Made by a program: the position numbers and the translations under genes. 64,000 nucleotides of DNA, from the NCBI GenBank assembly GCA_028713005.1, contig JAQTPC010000001.1, positions 33,414 to 97,413 on the forward strand, in the 5' to 3' direction. This DNA comes from Minisyncoccota bacterium (lineage in GTDB: Bacteria; Patescibacteriota; Minisyncoccia; Phycocordibacterales; PALSA-1337). The notes beneath the pieces were generated by a model, which did no database searches, was not told the DNA's origin, and was given only the letters and a program-made list of their open reading frames with translations. This document shows, in pieces, positions 49,001-58,480 of the stretch (position 1 is its first letter; each line of letters starts with the position of its first letter).

Positions 49001-49501
49001 ATAACCTGTTATATTTAAGCCGCCCATATGGAATGACAGGTAACCAATATCAGTCGCAGTATTATTGGTAACTGAAACGTGTATATCAATACTTGGACCA
49101 TTTTGCACAAACTGCAGTGATGCGTTTCCTTGGCTATAGTTGAATGTAAGTGTGTTGGTCTGAGAATCAAATACAGTTCCTTGATCTGAACCAAGAGACA
49201 TGCTGCCGCCACTAGTATTTTGTATTTCTCGAATATTGATACATGTATTTTGTCCCGGGTCTTTAAAATCACCTCCATTATATGTGAGACTTGTAAACAT
49301 ATATCCACAACTTACTGGACCAATAGTAAATGATGGACTATTTAGTGCATACGTACTCTGAATATTCGCAAGAAGACTTGTGGTGAACGTGATTGCTATA
49401 AGAATGAATGTAACCCAGTGTGTTACCTCAGACAATGGATGCTCATGCCAAAGTCGATAGAGTGGAAATTTTCTTGATAAGTGTGAGTGTAAAAAGTCCA
49501 T
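46082..49501 (-). CDS. giant secreted protein, family B
   Basis: 1139 aa. Order: conserved N-terminal LYRLWHEHPLSEVTHW followed by a TM helix; beta-sandwich region; about 450-aa conserved TIM-barrel-like central domain (…VILWDLEGQRWPHCTSYIGDPRYAEDPRFAPEWDT…WGVTIFYIDSTDWIAGTD…); Fn3-like domains; Gly8 linker; divergent InlB-B repeat; two PG-binding repeats; tail …KPVVVPSINFNF. Confidence 0.7.
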   Translation of the reverse strand: MDFLHSHLSRKFPLYRLWHEHPLSEVTHWVTFILIAITFTTSLLANIQSTYALNSPSFTIGPVSCGYMFTSLTYNGGDFKDPGQNTCINIREIQNTSGGSMSLGSDQGTVFDSQTNTLTFNYSQGNASLQFVQNGPSIDIHVSVTNNTATDIGYLSFHMGGLNITGYTGDSLPTSQAGDYPNIWGFNTTFGELFLVNTNKVTGDCGSPTPWCLLSTSIGSVPHGTTVTATNAIKFYPLGTSLLEAVPEVISAWTAQYPMQNFWSDRRPIGTDFLSSPPCPIVNGCASDFSKNMNGWFSNGIDPGSVDVTTPEGRQAWATQMLARIDADIANVKEVNGQGVILWDLEGQRWPHCTSYIGDPRYAEDPRFAPEWDTQVNYVYSSTTNPSANYSSTSMNVIDAAFHKILDNGLRAGITIRPDQIVYDPGDANLGCGGGGLYGIYGVRPSQQYVTDTAARIQLLKDKINYAKSRWGVTIFYIDSTDWIAGTDMIQVHQDIPDVLLMPENTTLLEYTVGIPFKYTRLQGFYGGPGTIGNIGDIYPEAAVAVNSNNEVTPELVDHYWELVNAVRHGSVTLFNSWFNTAEKQYIKMIYASSSVPVVAPTISTPTATGITASDVTFNASVLYTGGSFINQRGFKYGTDTAYASSTDFSGTLDASLNNTDAAVTATINDLSCGTTYHYMFYARNFDGATGSYVQRTASSSDQTFNTTDCVSVVPPTVSVSTIGTITQTGADLNANVDTTGGSSVTELGFRYGATVDYSATSSTSGHFNTGAFSKTLTGLTCGTTYHYQAYAINFSGTGVTSDGTFTTSACSTSGGNPVVYSGGGGGGGGTYYSLTIQTTGTGHGTTTSNPSGILCSSKCTSAFYAGSKITLTAIPDKYSHLTSWSGCASFATSTCTVTLSSSMSVFAKFDAGSANTVIQNISAPVTTTIVPPTTGSIPTAYLNLEFGSRSTAVLTLQKYLIAGGYLSSVYATGYYGQLTANAVAQYRASRSNVSATGSVTTTSSGSALTSYLFLGTTGQQVKTLQKILNAKGYTIATSGNGSVGNESTYFGPSTQVALQKFQCAVLSVCSGSPLTTGYGATGPRTRAALGGTTAPVTQTNTVTPASVPTPTKTPTTATVPVKTTTVKPVVVPSINFNF

Positions 49502-49514
49502 ATGAGTATATTAC

Positions 49515-50390
49515 TTATCGTGTCGTCACGGTCACCATACGTGAATTTGAGGCAGTTACTACGCATGATTTTCCTGACATACTTTCACATCCTTTCCAAA
49601 TTAAAATACTTTGTGCATCATCCTGAGTGGCAGTCAATATAACTTTGGTGCCGAACGTAAACTTATGCGAACAAATTGCTCCACAAGAAATACCGGTTGG
49701 ATTTGAATTGATTTCAATATTTTCTTTGGTAAACACAAAAATTGGGTACGTAACATATTCCGTTTCCTTACTTCCAGATGGAACCACTAAACCGTCGTTA
49801 AGTGAAATAATTTTAGGTAAAACTTTTGGTACCACATCATCAATCTTAGCAATTATTTTATCTTCTGTCTTTGTAGTTGAAGCAACGTCAGGATTAATGG
49901 CTACATTTTCAGTAGTAACTGAACTTGATGATGCTGTATGTTCAGAAGTGATACCGCCGATGATTGGTGATGGCACTGGAGTTTCCGTGCTTGATGTATT
50001 TGTATCAGTAGTAGTTGCGACACTATCTGTACTCGTAGCAGCTGGTACAACAACAGAAACTGCTGTGTCTGTTGTATTTGTTTGAGTCGAGCTCGCTTGA
50101 TCTATTGTTTCAGCAGGGACAGCTACAGTACTCGTACTTTCAGTATTTATTAGTGGACTATTATCAGTAGTTTGCTCCGTCACTATTGTGTTGTCCTCTG
50201 TAGTAGAAGCATTTCCATCAACTGTTTGTGCATAGCTATTTACTGCAAATAATAGATTTGCCGTAAGTACACAACTGATTGCCATAAATGAAACCCAGTG
50301 GGTGGTTCCGGCAAGTGGATGCTTATGCCAACTATAATATGCTGGAACAGTGCGAGATAGGAAGTCGTGGAGACTTTTCATAAGCAACAT
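49515..50390 (-). CDS. family-B-related short protein
   Basis: 291 aa. Carries the same N-terminal …YYSWHKHPLAGTTHW… segment and TM, a Thr/Ser-rich linker, and a C-terminal divergent InlB-B repeat (…ISCGAICSHKFTFGTKVILTATQDDAQSILIWKGCESMSGKSCVVTASNSRMVTVT…). Confidence 0.55.
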   Translation of the reverse strand: MLLMKSLHDFLSRTVPAYYSWHKHPLAGTTHWVSFMAISCVLTANLLFAVNSYAQTVDGNASTTEDNTIVTEQTTDNSPLINTESTSTVAVPAETIDQASSTQTNTTDTAVSVVVPAATSTDSVATTTDTNTSSTETPVPSPIIGGITSEHTASSSSVTTENVAINPDVASTTKTEDKIIAKIDDVVPKVLPKIISLNDGLVVPSGSKETEYVTYPIFVFTKENIEINSNPTGISCGAICSHKFTFGTKVILTATQDDAQSILIWKGCESMSGKSCVVTASNSRMVTVTTR

Positions 50391-50421
50391 AGTAACACGA
50401 AATGAAACTAATGCCTATAAT

Positions 50422-53391
50422 TTACTTTTTACCTCCTCCACGAATATTGAACTTAATTGAAGCGGTTTTTGCAGCAGAGATATTGCCTGCAGCATCTTTT
50501 GCCCATGCGTAAAGTGTTCGTGATCCTGTGGTCATTTTGAATGTATACGATGTAAGTGGTGCAGTTTTCCATGAAGCACTCGTCACTGATGGAATAGTTG
50601 ATGATTCACTTACAAGATAACCTGTAACTCCAACATTATCAGTTGCACTATATGCAGTGATTGGTACAGTTGCTGTTATTGATGTTGAAGGAATAGTAAA
50701 TACTGTAACGACTGGTGAAGTAGTATCCCCTCCCGTTGTAGTATTTTGAGTGAACGATGCAGTGACAGTGATATCTCTAGATACATTGTTATCTGTGCGA
50801 GGATTTGCAGTTATTCCGTCTGACCAGCTTACGAAATGGAATCCACTATTTGCAACCGCAGTTACCGAAGAACCATTTGCCCCTGCTGTGACACTTTGTG
50901 GTGATGTGCCTGTAATAGAGCCGTCAGGTCCAGCAGTGTAAGTGAGAATATATGTAGTTGGTGCAACAACAATATTTATGACAACAGTTGCACTCTTGCT
51001 TGCAGATATATTTCCTGCAGCATCCATGACCCATGCATACAATGTCTTTGATCCCGAACTACCAAATGTATATGATGTTGGAACTGAACCTGACCATGCA
51101 GTATCACCCAAGGAAGGTACCGTTGATGTTTCTTTGATAAGGTATGCGGCAACGCCAACATTATCAACAGCAGTGAATGTAACCGGAACAGTGAGGCTCG
51201 CTGATGTAGAAGGAATAGCGAATGAAGTAATAGACGGACCTGTCGTATCAGAAGAGGGTGGAGGATTCGTTGTACCGCAACCAGTTCCTGTTGTCGTGAA
51301 TGTTTGATCAGCACCATATCCTGTGAGTTCGGTATGCAGACCGGTTCCTCCTGAAAAATTCTTTGCGAAGGCACGATAGTGGTACGTAGTTCCACAGGTA
51401 AGACCCGTAACACTTAGATTGAAATTTGCATCTATATTGTTTAGGTTCACATCAAACGCTCCGTCTGCCTTAACAGAAGAGCCGTATGAGGTCGTTGGAC
51501 CATATTCAAATCCACGAGTAATCACATATGTACCGCCTGTTGCACTAACTATACCGTTCAACGTTGCATTTGTATCACCTACAGCACTTGCTCCCGTTGA
51601 TACTGTGGGTGCTACGACCGGAAGCGCAGCTGCTGCATATACCATCTTTATATATGGCTTTTCAGATCCGTTATACCACGAGTTAAACAAACTTAAACTA
51701 CCATTTCTAATTGCATCTACAAGCTCCCAGTAATGGTTAACAAATTCATTCTGTTCATTATTTGCATTAAGTGCTGCTCCTGCACGTGGATATATATCAC
51801 CGATATTACCTATCTTTCCTGGTCCACCATAGAACCCTTGTTTATTTGTATATTTGAATGGCAAACCAACTGAATACTCGAGCAAAGTTGTATTTTCAGG
51901 AATGAGAAGTACATCTGGGATGTCTTTGTGCAACTTAATCATATCAGTACCAGCAATCCAATCAGTACTGTCAATATAGAAGATGGTGACACCCCAACGA
52001 TTCTTTGCAAAATTGATCTTATCCTCAAGCAACTTTATACGAGCATTCGTATCGGTAAGATATTTTTGACTTGGACGAATGCCAAATATGCCATATGTTC
52101 CTCCTCCACCACAACCGAGATCAGCGTTATTTGGATCATACGTTATCTCATCTGGACGAATGGTAATACCGGACTTGAGTCCATTATCTCGAATCTTGTG
52201 AAAGACAACATCGATAACATTCATTGAAGAACTTGAGAAACCACTACCAGGATCGGAGTAAGCTATCTTTGTATCCCACTCAGGCGCAAAACGAGGGTCT
52301 TCTGCATAGCGAGGGTCGCCAATATATGACGTACAGTGTGGCCAGCGTTGACCTTCGAGATCCCACAAGATGACACCTTGACCATTAACTTCTTTAACAT
52401 TTGCTATGTCTGCATCAATACGAGCGAGCATCTGTGTAGCCCACGCTTGTCTACCAGCAGAAGTTGTCACATCAACATTTCCTGGATCAGAACCATTTGA
52501 GAACCAGCCGTTCATATTTTTTGAAAAATCAACAGAACAACCGTAAATAGGACATGGTGGTGAAGAAAGGAAGTCAGTTCCGATAGGTCGACGATCTGAC
52601 CAAAAATTTTGCATCGGATACTGTGCTTTCCATGCAGCTATGACTTCAGGAACAGCTTCGAGTAGACTAGTTCCGAGTGGATAAAACTTAATAGCATTTG
52701 TAGCAGTAACAGTTGTGCCGTGAGGTATGTTACTGATCGAAGTTGACATCAAGCACCATGGCGATGGATTACCACAATCACCGGTGACTTTATTTGTATT
52801 AACAAAGAAAATTTCACCGTAGGTTGTGTTTACACCCCAAATATTAGGATAATCTCCTCCCTGACTCATTGGCAACGAATCTCCCGTATAACCAGTTATA
52901 TTGAGACCTCCTACATGGAAAGCGAGATAACCAATATCAGCAGACGTATTGTTTGTAACTGAAAGGCGCATATCTACACTTGGACCATTTTGGATGAACT
53001 GTATTGACGCACTACCTTGACTAAACTTCAAGGTCACCGTATTGCTTTGAGGGTCAAATAAAGTACCCTGATCTGCACCGAGAGATATTCTGTTTCCATT
53101 TGTATCTTGTATTTCTCGTATATTGATACACTGGTTTTGTGCCGGATCAGCAAAACTTGCTCCGTTGTACGATAGAGCAGTAAGCGCATAACCACAACCA
53201 ACCTGACTAACAGTAAATGATGATGGCGTGTATCCTGCAAACGATTTTTGAATGTTAGCAAGAAGACCCGTGGTGACAGAGAGAGATATGAGTATAAAAG
53301 CAAACCAATGTGTTGCCTCAGACAATGAATGCTCGTGCCACAAGCGATATAGAGGAACTTCCTTACATAGCTTGGCGTGAATTTTTCTCAT
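50422..53391 (-). CDS. giant secreted protein, family B paralogue
   Basis: 989 aa. N-terminal LYRLWHEHSLSEATHW plus TM. Its central domain is about 85-90% identical in nucleotide sequence over long stretches to 46082-49501. Fn3/Ig-like repeats follow. Confidence 0.7.
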   Translation of the reverse strand: MRKIHAKLCKEVPLYRLWHEHSLSEATHWFAFILISLSVTTGLLANIQKSFAGYTPSSFTVSQVGCGYALTALSYNGASFADPAQNQCINIREIQDTNGNRISLGADQGTLFDPQSNTVTLKFSQGSASIQFIQNGPSVDMRLSVTNNTSADIGYLAFHVGGLNITGYTGDSLPMSQGGDYPNIWGVNTTYGEIFFVNTNKVTGDCGNPSPWCLMSTSISNIPHGTTVTATNAIKFYPLGTSLLEAVPEVIAAWKAQYPMQNFWSDRRPIGTDFLSSPPCPIYGCSVDFSKNMNGWFSNGSDPGNVDVTTSAGRQAWATQMLARIDADIANVKEVNGQGVILWDLEGQRWPHCTSYIGDPRYAEDPRFAPEWDTKIAYSDPGSGFSSSSMNVIDVVFHKIRDNGLKSGITIRPDEITYDPNNADLGCGGGGTYGIFGIRPSQKYLTDTNARIKLLEDKINFAKNRWGVTIFYIDSTDWIAGTDMIKLHKDIPDVLLIPENTTLLEYSVGLPFKYTNKQGFYGGPGKIGNIGDIYPRAGAALNANNEQNEFVNHYWELVDAIRNGSLSLFNSWYNGSEKPYIKMVYAAAALPVVAPTVSTGASAVGDTNATLNGIVSATGGTYVITRGFEYGPTTSYGSSVKADGAFDVNLNNIDANFNLSVTGLTCGTTYHYRAFAKNFSGGTGLHTELTGYGADQTFTTTGTGCGTTNPPPSSDTTGPSITSFAIPSTSASLTVPVTFTAVDNVGVAAYLIKETSTVPSLGDTAWSGSVPTSYTFGSSGSKTLYAWVMDAAGNISASKSATVVINIVVAPTTYILTYTAGPDGSITGTSPQSVTAGANGSSVTAVANSGFHFVSWSDGITANPRTDNNVSRDITVTASFTQNTTTGGDTTSPVVTVFTIPSTSITATVPITAYSATDNVGVTGYLVSESSTIPSVTSASWKTAPLTSYTFKMTTGSRTLYAWAKDAAGNISAAKTASIKFNIRGGGKK

Positions 53392-53482
53392 GAAATTGGA
53401 TAGATTATATTAATTGATAATATAATACCTCATTTTATGTAAATGCACCGTGGATAACTCTATTCAACAATGCGGTTTTTCG

Positions 53483-54394
53483 CTAAATTCCCTCCTTTTT
53501 GAGCTCTTCGATTGCTTTTTGTGCTGTCTTTGAAAGCTTTCTCGGCATTTCTACGTGAGTGACGAGGAGGATATCGCCACGACGTCCGTCGATACCGCGT
53601 TCAGTCATCGGTACACCTTTACCTTTGATGCGGAGGATCTCTCCGTGTGAAGTGCCCTGAGGAACTTTGAGTTCTATCTTTCCATCTAATGTATCTATTT
53701 CGATAGCGCCACCAAGAAGTGCTGTTGAAAGTTTGAGTGAAAGATCCATGATGAGGTTAAATCCTTCTTTACGAAATATCGAGCCCTCTTCAACCCAGAC
53801 ACGGGCGATGAGGTCACCCCGACCAGCCTCACCGTCCTCACCGCGGCCTGATATGCGCAAGCCCTGACCATTTTCCATTCCTGCAGGGATTTTGACTGAA
53901 AATTTTTCCTTACCCGTCGAGATCTCACGTTCTACACCAAAGATTGATTCTTTAAAAGTGACTTGTAAATCAATTGTTATATTCTTGCCTTTGCGTGCAC
54001 GACGTCCGCCACCAAAAAATTCACCAAATATGTCACCGAGGTCAAACTCCACATGTTGACCATTGAAATTGCCACCGAAGCCTCCTTGCTGAAATTGTGA
54101 AAAATCAAAACCGCCGAAACCTCCTTGTCCGCCCCCAAAACCACCAGCACCTGGATTGAAACCGCCACCGCCCATATTTGCACCCGCTGCACCAAAGCGG
54201 TCATAGTTGACGCGCTTGTTTACATCGGACAATGTTGAATACGCCTCACTGGCTTCTTTGAATTTCTTTTCAGCGTCAGCGTTGCCCTTGTTCTTGTCAG
54301 GATGATGTTCATGTGCGAGTTTACGGAACGCCTTCTTGATGTCGTCTTGTGAGGCGGTTTTTTCGACTCCGAGGATTTTGTAGTAGTCTTTCAT
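53483..54394 (-). CDS. dnaJ: J-domain co-chaperone (DnaJ/CbpA-like, type II, no zinc finger)
   Basis: [10 protein letters not shown]…HPDK J-domain, a G/F-rich region and C-terminal substrate-binding domains. No CxxCxGxG repeats. Confidence 0.75.
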   Translation of the reverse strand: MKDYYKILGVEKTASQDDIKKAFRKLAHEHHPDKNKGNADAEKKFKEASEAYSTLSDVNKRVNYDRFGAAGANMGGGGFNPGAGGFGGGQGGFGGFDFSQFQQGGFGGNFNGQHVEFDLGDIFGEFFGGGRRARKGKNITIDLQVTFKESIFGVEREISTGKEKFSVKIPAGMENGQGLRISGRGEDGEAGRGDLIARVWVEEGSIFRKEGFNLIMDLSLKLSTALLGGAIEIDTLDGKIELKVPQGTSHGEILRIKGKGVPMTERGIDGRRGDILLVTHVEMPRKLSKTAQKAIEELKKEGI

Positions 54395-54481
54395 GGTTTT
54401 GATTTAATATGAGGAATAGACCCTCGTGTATTCCCCCAAGAAATCTTAGGGGAATTTTACGAAGATCCTTCTGTAATTTTA

Positions 54482-56422
54482 CTACTTCTTCTCCTTAAAC
54501 TCCGCATCCTTTACATCCCCTTCAGGAGCTTTTCCGTCAGCGCCGCCAGTTGAACCAGCTGTACCTTGCGCGCCAGCTTGACCAGCACTCGCAGTAGCAT
54601 TCGCTTTTGCAAGAATCTCACCAATCTTTGAAATCTCACTTGAGAGAGCCTCTGACGCACTCTTGATAGCAGCCACATCAGCTGGCTGTGCCTCCTTTGC
54701 CGTCTTCAAAGTTTTAATTTTTTCTTCAATCGAAGCAGTGACATCTGCAGGAATCTTTTCCTTATTTTCTTTAAGAGCCTTCTCAGACGTATAGATCATC
54801 TGCTCAGCCACATTGCGGACTTCAACTTCTTCTTGCTTCTTCTTATCATCTGCTTCATGAGCAGCGGCCTCCTGTTTCATCTTTTCAACTTCTTCTTTTG
54901 AGAGACCTGACGATGCAGTGATCTTGATACTATTCACCTTACCTGTCGTTTTGTCCTTTGCACTGACATTCAAGATACCGTTGGCATCGAGGTCAAATGA
55001 CACTTCGATCTGTGGCACGCCACGTGGTGATGGAGCGATACCATCGAGAATGAAGCGGCCGAGAGATTTGTTGTCTGCCGCCATAGCGCGCTCACCTTGC
55101 GTGATATGAATCTCTACAGATGGCTGATTGTCAGTTGCTGTTGAGAATACCTGCGAACGTTGTGTAGGGATGGTTGTATTCTTTTCGATGACCTTTGTAG
55201 CAACGCCACCCATCGTTTCAATACCGAGTGAGAGTGGAGTAACATCGAGCAAGAGCACGTCTTTGACATCACCACCGAGGATACCGCCTTGGATGGCAGC
55301 ACCGATAGCCACGACTTCATCGGGATTTACACTCATGTTTGGTTCACGACCAAAGAGAGCTTTAACAGCATTCTGGAGAGCGGGCATGCGTGTCTGACCA
55401 CCAACGAGGATAACCTCATTGATCTCACTGACTTTGAATGGTGAAGCAGCGATAGCGCGCTTACTGATCTCGATAGCACGATCAACGAACTCCTGTGTGA
55501 GCTGTTCGAGCTGTGCACGAGTGAGCGTTACGAGGAGATGCTTTGGTCCATCAGCACCAGAAGTGATGAAAGGAATATTGATCTCTGTTGAAACTGCTGT
55601 TGAAAGCTCGATCTTTGCTTTTTCCGCAGCTTCATCCAAACGCTGGAGTGAGAGCGAGTCTTTGCGGAGATCAATACCGTTTTCTTTTGCAAAGGTGTCT
55701 GCAAGCCAACCAACAATCTTTGAGTCGATATCGCGACCGCCGAGGTGAGAGTCACCGTCAGTAGATTTTACTTCGATTGATCCTTCACCTTCATCACTGG
55801 TACCGACTTCGAGAATAGAGATATCGAATGTACCTCCACCAAAGTCAAAGACTGCGATCTTTTCATTTTTCTTTTTGTTAAATCCGTAAGCGAGAGCGGC
55901 CGCTGTTGGTTCATTGATGATACGTTTTACATCCAAGCCAGCGATCTGACCTGCATCCTTTGTAGCTTGGCGCTGTGAGTCGTTGAAGTATGCAGGAACC
56001 GTGATGACTGCTTCAGTGATCTTTTCACCGAGACGTGCTTCTGCGTCATTCTTGATCTTGGTGAGGATCATGGCTGAGACCTCTTCTGGGCGCATCCACT
56101 TGCCCGCCATGTTGACCTCGACGCCACCGTTGGCTGACTTGCGAGTTTCAAATGGTACGTTCTTGGTATCCTTTTGAACGCCATCTTCATCGAATGTATG
56201 GCCAATGAAGCGCTTGATCTGGAAGATCGTATTTTTTGGGTTCGTGACCGCCTGGCGCTTTGCCAAGAGACCGACGAGACGTTCACCTGTTTTTGATTGG
56301 GCGACAATCGAAGGTGTTGTACGCGCACCTTCTGCGTTTTCGAGGACCTTTGGTGAGCCAGCTTCCATGACGGCGACAGCTGAGAATGTGGTACCAAGGT
56401 CAATTCCTATTATCTTACTCAT
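54482..56422 (-). CDS. dnaK: molecular chaperone DnaK (Hsp70)
   Basis: [14 protein letters not shown]… and DLGGGTFD motifs with an EEVD-less acidic C-terminus. Confidence 0.95.
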   Translation of the reverse strand: MSKIIGIDLGTTFSAVAVMEAGSPKVLENAEGARTTPSIVAQSKTGERLVGLLAKRQAVTNPKNTIFQIKRFIGHTFDEDGVQKDTKNVPFETRKSANGGVEVNMAGKWMRPEEVSAMILTKIKNDAEARLGEKITEAVITVPAYFNDSQRQATKDAGQIAGLDVKRIINEPTAAALAYGFNKKKNEKIAVFDFGGGTFDISILEVGTSDEGEGSIEVKSTDGDSHLGGRDIDSKIVGWLADTFAKENGIDLRKDSLSLQRLDEAAEKAKIELSTAVSTEINIPFITSGADGPKHLLVTLTRAQLEQLTQEFVDRAIEISKRAIAASPFKVSEINEVILVGGQTRMPALQNAVKALFGREPNMSVNPDEVVAIGAAIQGGILGGDVKDVLLLDVTPLSLGIETMGGVATKVIEKNTTIPTQRSQVFSTATDNQPSVEIHITQGERAMAADNKSLGRFILDGIAPSPRGVPQIEVSFDLDANGILNVSAKDKTTGKVNSIKITASSGLSKEEVEKMKQEAAAHEADDKKKQEEVEVRNVAEQMIYTSEKALKENKEKIPADVTASIEEKIKTLKTAKEAQPADVAAIKSASEALSSEISKIGEILAKANATASAGQAGAQGTAGSTGGADGKAPEGDVKDAEFKEKK

Positions 56423-56500
56423 AGTGGTTTATTTAAGTTAGTTATTAAGTGACACGAATCTACTAATAATTACAATGTTTTTAGGGTTATTTTAGGGTAC

Positions 56501-56530
56501 TTGACAATTAGGCAATTAATATGCTAAAAT
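56501..56530 (+). promoter_or_regulatory. sigma70-type promoter (TTGACA-18-TAAAAT)
   Basis: ttgaca at 56501-56506 and taaaat at 56525-56530, upstream of the 56539 gene and divergent from dnaK. Confidence 0.5.
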
Positions 56531-56538
56531 GGTAGTAG

Positions 56539-56787
56539 ATGAAAAAATACCATGTTTACTGTAGCGGTATTTTTGGGGATAAGGATGAACAGAAGCATTT
56601 CTCAGGTTTCTTGTTCAGCCTGCCTCTCACCAACTTTGGTGAGATTGAAGCAGCAGAGAAGGTAATTGCAGAAGTTGAAAAGTTTGAACTACAGACATCA
56701 ATCCATGATGTCCGTATCTTGAGCTTTTCAAGTATACCCTTCAAGGGTAAGATGCTAAAACCAACATTTGTGCTTCATCAAAGATAA
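56539..56787 (+). CDS. small hypothetical protein (82 aa)
   Basis: Promoter upstream and a terminator downstream. Confidence 0.4.
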   Translation: MKKYHVYCSGIFGDKDEQKHFSGFLFSLPLTNFGEIEAAEKVIAEVEKFELQTSIHDVRILSFSSIPFKGKMLKPTFVLHQR

Positions 56788-56803
56788 CTGAAAGACGGAT
56801 TCA

Positions 56804-56838
56804 GGGCGTCCAACTTAAATGTTGGCGCCTTTTCTTTT
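56804..56838 (+). terminator. intrinsic terminator
   Basis: ggcgtccaac-N6-gttggcgcc, then ttttctttt. Confidence 0.65.
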
Positions 56839-56959
56839 ACCCGACTTTCATATCACATACCTAATTGTTAAAGAACCACGAAACAATGACGCAATAACCA
56901 AGATACAATAACCAAAAAATCGCAGTGTGCTAATTTGGTAATTGGTTTTTGATTATTGG

Positions 56960-57298
56960 TTATTTTGAACTCGGTGCTCTCGTAGGTTGACTAGTAAAGA
57001 AAAGAAGTGAAGTAAATGGAGAAACTTCAGGAGTAAAATCAAAAACGTATGCAGTGTCAGCTGAAACTTTTGCAAATGAACCTTCTATGAGAAAAACTCC
57101 TACCTTACCAACTGATCCCTTATTTGAATATCCTGATGCGAGCTTTGGAGTTGGGGCCGAGATAACCTGGGCACTAATAACTTTCGCCTTCACTTCCCCA
57201 TTGACGAGAGTAACCAAAAACACAACACGATACTGCTCACCAGTCTGTGAGGTTATGATTCTTTCTATGAATTTTGAGGGATTTAGTGGCTTTAACAT
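56960..57298 (-). CDS. hypothetical protein (112 aa)
   Basis: ORF only; weak support. Confidence 0.3.
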   Translation of the reverse strand: MLKPLNPSKFIERIITSQTGEQYRVVFLVTLVNGEVKAKVISAQVISAPTPKLASGYSNKGSVGKVGVFLIEGSFAKVSADTAYVFDFTPEVSPFTSLLFFTSQPTRAPSSK

Positions 57299-57393
57299 AG
57301 AAATATATCCAAACTATTGGATTCTTATTATAGCAACACGAAGCCTCCAGTCAAGATATTCCTTTTGACAAAACACTCAAAACAATGTAATTT

Positions 57394-57825
57394 ATGGATA
57401 AAGAAAGGATCTTTATCATGAAAGAAATAGAATATTTCAGAATCCCTTTTGCACGGAACATGCTCAACGAATCGGACGTCAGGCAAATACTCATCACAAC
57501 ACCCAAGCTGAAGATCACGGAGGAAGAAGTGGACTCGCGAATATGTCCAATCGAGTTTGTGCCAGTAGAAGCTTTTAAAAAACACCCGACTATCATCGCC
57601 AAATCAAACATGGGTGGACTCGTCGAATTTAAGCTCGAAGGCAAACGCAAAGTCGAGATCCGTAAATTCTTTCAGACAGGCACAGTTGTAGCGATCTATG
57701 TCGTTGTTCCTGGAACCGAACGCAAAAAGCGGACTGAACCAAAAACGAAAGGCTCGGCAGCATATCAGTCCATTCTCGCTGAAATACAGGCCGCAGGCAA
57801 AGATGGCACGCTCACTCAACTGTAA
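57394..57825 (+). CDS. hypothetical protein (143 aa)
   Basis: ORF with a terminator downstream. Confidence 0.4.
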   Translation: MDKERIFIMKEIEYFRIPFARNMLNESDVRQILITTPKLKITEEEVDSRICPIEFVPVEAFKKHPTIIAKSNMGGLVEFKLEGKRKVEIRKFFQTGTVVAIYVVVPGTERKKRTEPKTKGSAAYQSILAEIQAAGKDGTLTQL

Positions 57826-57837
57826 AAAATCGCTTCA

Positions 57838-57872
57838 CGAAACCGTTTCGCACTAGAAGCGGTTTTCTTTTA
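57838..57872 (+). terminator. intrinsic terminator
   Basis: cgaaaccg-N13-cggttttc, then ttttat. Confidence 0.65.
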
Positions 57873-57916
57873 TATGATTGCCACACGCATAATAGTATGT
57901 TTATATACATCCAGAT

Positions 57917-58435
57917 ATGAATACTCCTTCTCACACGAGCATTGATCCAGAACATGAGTGGTCGCTTAAAAAGCGATTGAATCTCATTGAAAAGATAGCG
58001 GCAGGCATGGTCGACAAACGATATTTCACCATACCCAAAGCGGCGCGAAAAGCACTGATAGATATCTCGGATATCGCGACTCAGCCTGCAGCTGAATTAG
58101 CAGCTCAGGCGCAAAAGATCCTCAGTCGCGAATATACGAATTTCGGTATCTTGTCTTTTCTCAAGGCAGGACAACAGCGCTTCATCATGAGCACGACGCA
58201 TCCGCTGCAGCTCATTGATGGGTCAGAGCTGCAGCTTGAACGTGCGGTTTGGTGCAGCCTTGTGCCAGGCACTCACAAGTTCGAACGGATTCAGAACCCA
58301 TGGCCGCGAACTGATTCCGACTTCCTGGTTCTCAGGGGCACTCAGATCGGTCTCGCTGAATCCTATTTGGAACATCTTTCAGAAGAGCAGTTCAACGGCC
58401 AACAAATCACCTTCACAGAAGATACTGAAGCGTGA
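57917..58435 (+). CDS. hypothetical protein (172 aa)
   Basis: ORF with a terminator downstream. Confidence 0.4.
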   Translation: MNTPSHTSIDPEHEWSLKKRLNLIEKIAAGMVDKRYFTIPKAARKALIDISDIATQPAAELAAQAQKILSREYTNFGILSFLKAGQQRFIMSTTHPLQLIDGSELQLERAVWCSLVPGTHKFERIQNPWPRTDSDFLVLRGTQIGLAESYLEHLSEEQFNGQQITFTEDTEA

Positions 58436-58450
58436 ACTGTGCCCTCATTC

Positions 58451-58480
58451 AAAAAACCGCCCATATGGAGCGGTTTTCTT
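58451..58480. terminator. bidirectional intrinsic terminator
   Basis: aaaaaaccgc-N9-gcggtttt, then cttttatttttt. Confidence 0.65.

Noticed and set aside
56423-56540. CIRCE/HrcA operator upstream of dnaK
   Set aside because: No TTAGCACTC…GAGTGCTAA inverted repeat is present. The region instead carries a plus-strand TTGACA…TAAAAT promoter for the divergent small gene.
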